Source of the DNA: Octopus sinensis
Lineage: Eukaryota
Assembly (NCBI RefSeq): GCF_006345805.1
Contig: NC_043013.1
Location: 13,020,001-13,084,000, forward strand
Reading direction: 5' to 3'
Length of the DNA: 64,000 bases
Shown here: one piece after another, positions 62,201 to 64,000 of the stretch
How positions within the stretch are numbered: the stretch's first letter is position 1
Layout: each line of letters opens with the position of its first letter
The notes under the pieces: model-generated
Seen by the model: the letters and a program-made list of their open reading frames with translations, nothing else
Told to the model about the DNA's origin: nothing
The model's database searches: none
Position numbers and translations under genes: made by a program

Positions 62201-63067
62201 TGCTCTCTTGAGGGCAAACCACCATTTGTTGTTGATGATGGCTCCCGTTAAAGCCCTCTTTACTAGTGTGCTAATCCGGTCTCTGAAAACCTGTCTCGAT
62301 GGGAAAGACACGTTTAGTTTCCAGTATCCGGGACCCTGCCTATGTGTCTTACCTAAATCTAGCGTACATGTCACAAGTTTGTGATCCGTGTAGCTGACTA
62401 TGTGGAATTGTGGACATCCTATACTATCTCTATCTACTGTCCTACACAGTATCCTATCTAGATACGATCTCGACGACCCGATGCGGTTGCTCCATGTCCA
62501 TGTTGGCGCATTCGGGTAGTCTAGTCGGAACCTGTCAGACAGTTGAAAGCGTCTGAGCAGGTCTCTGAGGCATTTGCATCCCCGTCTATTCCTATCTCTG
62601 CCCACGTAGTCTACATGCGTGTCCAAGGTAACATTCCAATCCCTCACTAAGAGTAAAGGACGAGACGTTCCCAAGAATACTTCTAGACGTTGAAAGAAAT
62701 CCGCCCGACCTGTTAAGGGCGGTGCGTAGACTGATACGAGTCGAAAAGCGCACCCATTGCTGCCGTCGACATCCAGGATGACTAGTCTACCCTCCGGCTC
62801 TACGAATATTGTCTTTACTTTGAGATCCAGACTCTAGCGAAAAAGTACTGCGGTGCCACTACCGCCCATTCTTGGCAGACAGGAGGAAAAATAAATATTG
62901 AACTGTCCGCCAAACATGGTCTTTAGGGCCCGCGGATTGTGGAGTCTGGTGTCACTTATGGCTATGATTTCTAACTTGTGTGACTTTATGTCATTTAAGA
63001 GGTACCCTTGTTTCCAAGGGGACCCCAAGCCACACGCATTTACACAACCAATCTTGATAATAATCCT
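59257..63067 (-). mobile_element. Tx1/L1-clade LINE: near-complete but frameshifted ORF2 plus 3'UTR; no ORF1
   Basis: APE: IGCVNACGL...IIAISDT...GTAVLF...EGRLVILDV...VSVYAP...DWN...SRSYLDRI...TDHKLV...GPGYWKLN. RT: KSLGLDGLPYELY, KILAKVLAKRL, DQSKAFDRVDH, RQGCPLS, YADYVT. The 3' end is AATAAAGAAAC. Confidence 0.93.
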
Positions 63068-63077
63068 AATGAATTAT

Positions 63078-63118
<41 letters not shown>

Positions 63119-63463
63119 AGGGGAGAGAGAAAGAGAGAGAGAAGATGGTAAAGTGGTTAACATCCAGGGGTTATGAGTTCAAACCCATTGCTGACATTTG
63201 TTATGTTTCTATGTAGATAGTTACATTTTATATTGTCACAACTCAGCTCTAAGGAATTAGTTCCAGAACAATTCGGTTCAGTCACATACTAGAACAACAG
63301 TTGACTCTATCTACTTTACTCTTGTCTCCTCAACAGGGAGACATCTTTATTGGATTGTATGTGTATGTTAAAGGAATTTTCAAAATATTTGTTCATTCTT
63401 AGATTGCTTCTTATTTGCAGATTTAGTTTTAATTCTTAATTTTTTTTTTCTTTTTATTATCAG

Positions 63464-63534
63464 GGATGTGGTCCAGCAGCAGACTTCATGGCATTTGCTA
63501 ACCAAACAGAATTTGATGTAGACGAAGATGATGG
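63464..63534 (+). CDS. TRPM: TRPM-family channel, exon G (GCGPAADFMAFANQTEFDVDEDDG); gene continues past the window
   Basis: Long T-rich acceptor ending tatcag, donor gtatgt. Matches 'GSG.AAD.LAFA'. Phase 0 to 2. The subtype (TRPM2- vs TRPM3-like) cannot be determined here. Confidence 0.88.
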
Positions 63535-64000
63535 GTATGTTATTTATTTGATAGTATGATAGTTTTATTATTGCATTTGTTGTCATTTCTGATTCTATTG
63601 CGATTAGATATGTTATTGTTTAACACCTTTTAATCTCGATAAAACAGGTGTATGAACAAAATGAAACTTTATTATTCCACTGTGTCTGTCTATATTTAGG
63701 GTATGATTTGGGAGAGATTTAGGTCATACTTTTAACAAATTGAGTGACAAGGTAAATTACTCCCTCGTTGGCTTGCAACTCACCTATTACTAAAGTTGAT
63801 AGTTTGATTTTAGAGCTGGTATTCATAGCTTTGTAGATATTCATACCTTTGATTGGAACTTGTCAGATTTCTATTACTAAAGACTCAAGTTTAAGGCAGT
63901 ATGACATGACCCTGCTAATAATCATAATATTGATTTCTTATGTTGACCCAAGGTTCCATATTTGCTGGGGAAAGATAGTGGATCCAGTTCAGGACATGCT

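Overview
Eukaryotic, AT-rich, microsatellite-dense genomic DNA. From memory, the SINE families look like those of an octopus/cephalopod genome (inference). There is one 100-N assembly gap at 18377-18476. The only clear host gene is the 5' part of a TRPM-family cation channel on the + strand: seven phase-compatible exons (35549-63534) encoding the N-terminal MHR1/2 (SLOG) region, continuing beyond the window. The rest is a transposon graveyard. It holds three Penelope-like GIY-YIG retroelements in (TA)n tracts (two with variant minimal hammerhead-ribozyme motifs), a near-complete Tx1/L1-clade ORF2, several RTE, CR1/L2 and R4/Dong-like LINE relics, Gypsy relics and a solo LTR, mariner, maT, hAT and Chapaev3-like transposase fragments, MITEs, a non-autonomous Helitron, Helentron-type HINEs and tRNA-type SINEs. 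The most interesting observations are: a SINE whose 3' tail matches the 3' end of the local Tx1 LINE, non-canonical hammerhead cores, a fixed-spacing CRE/CCAAT motif array in a Penelope 3' region, a TRPM N-terminus that apparently lacks the usual Cys-rich segment, and an unclassified (ATT)n-embedded ~550-bp non-coding element present three times. I found no evidence of a wholly new multi-gene system. No databases or folding programs were run, so all family assignments come from motif recognition.
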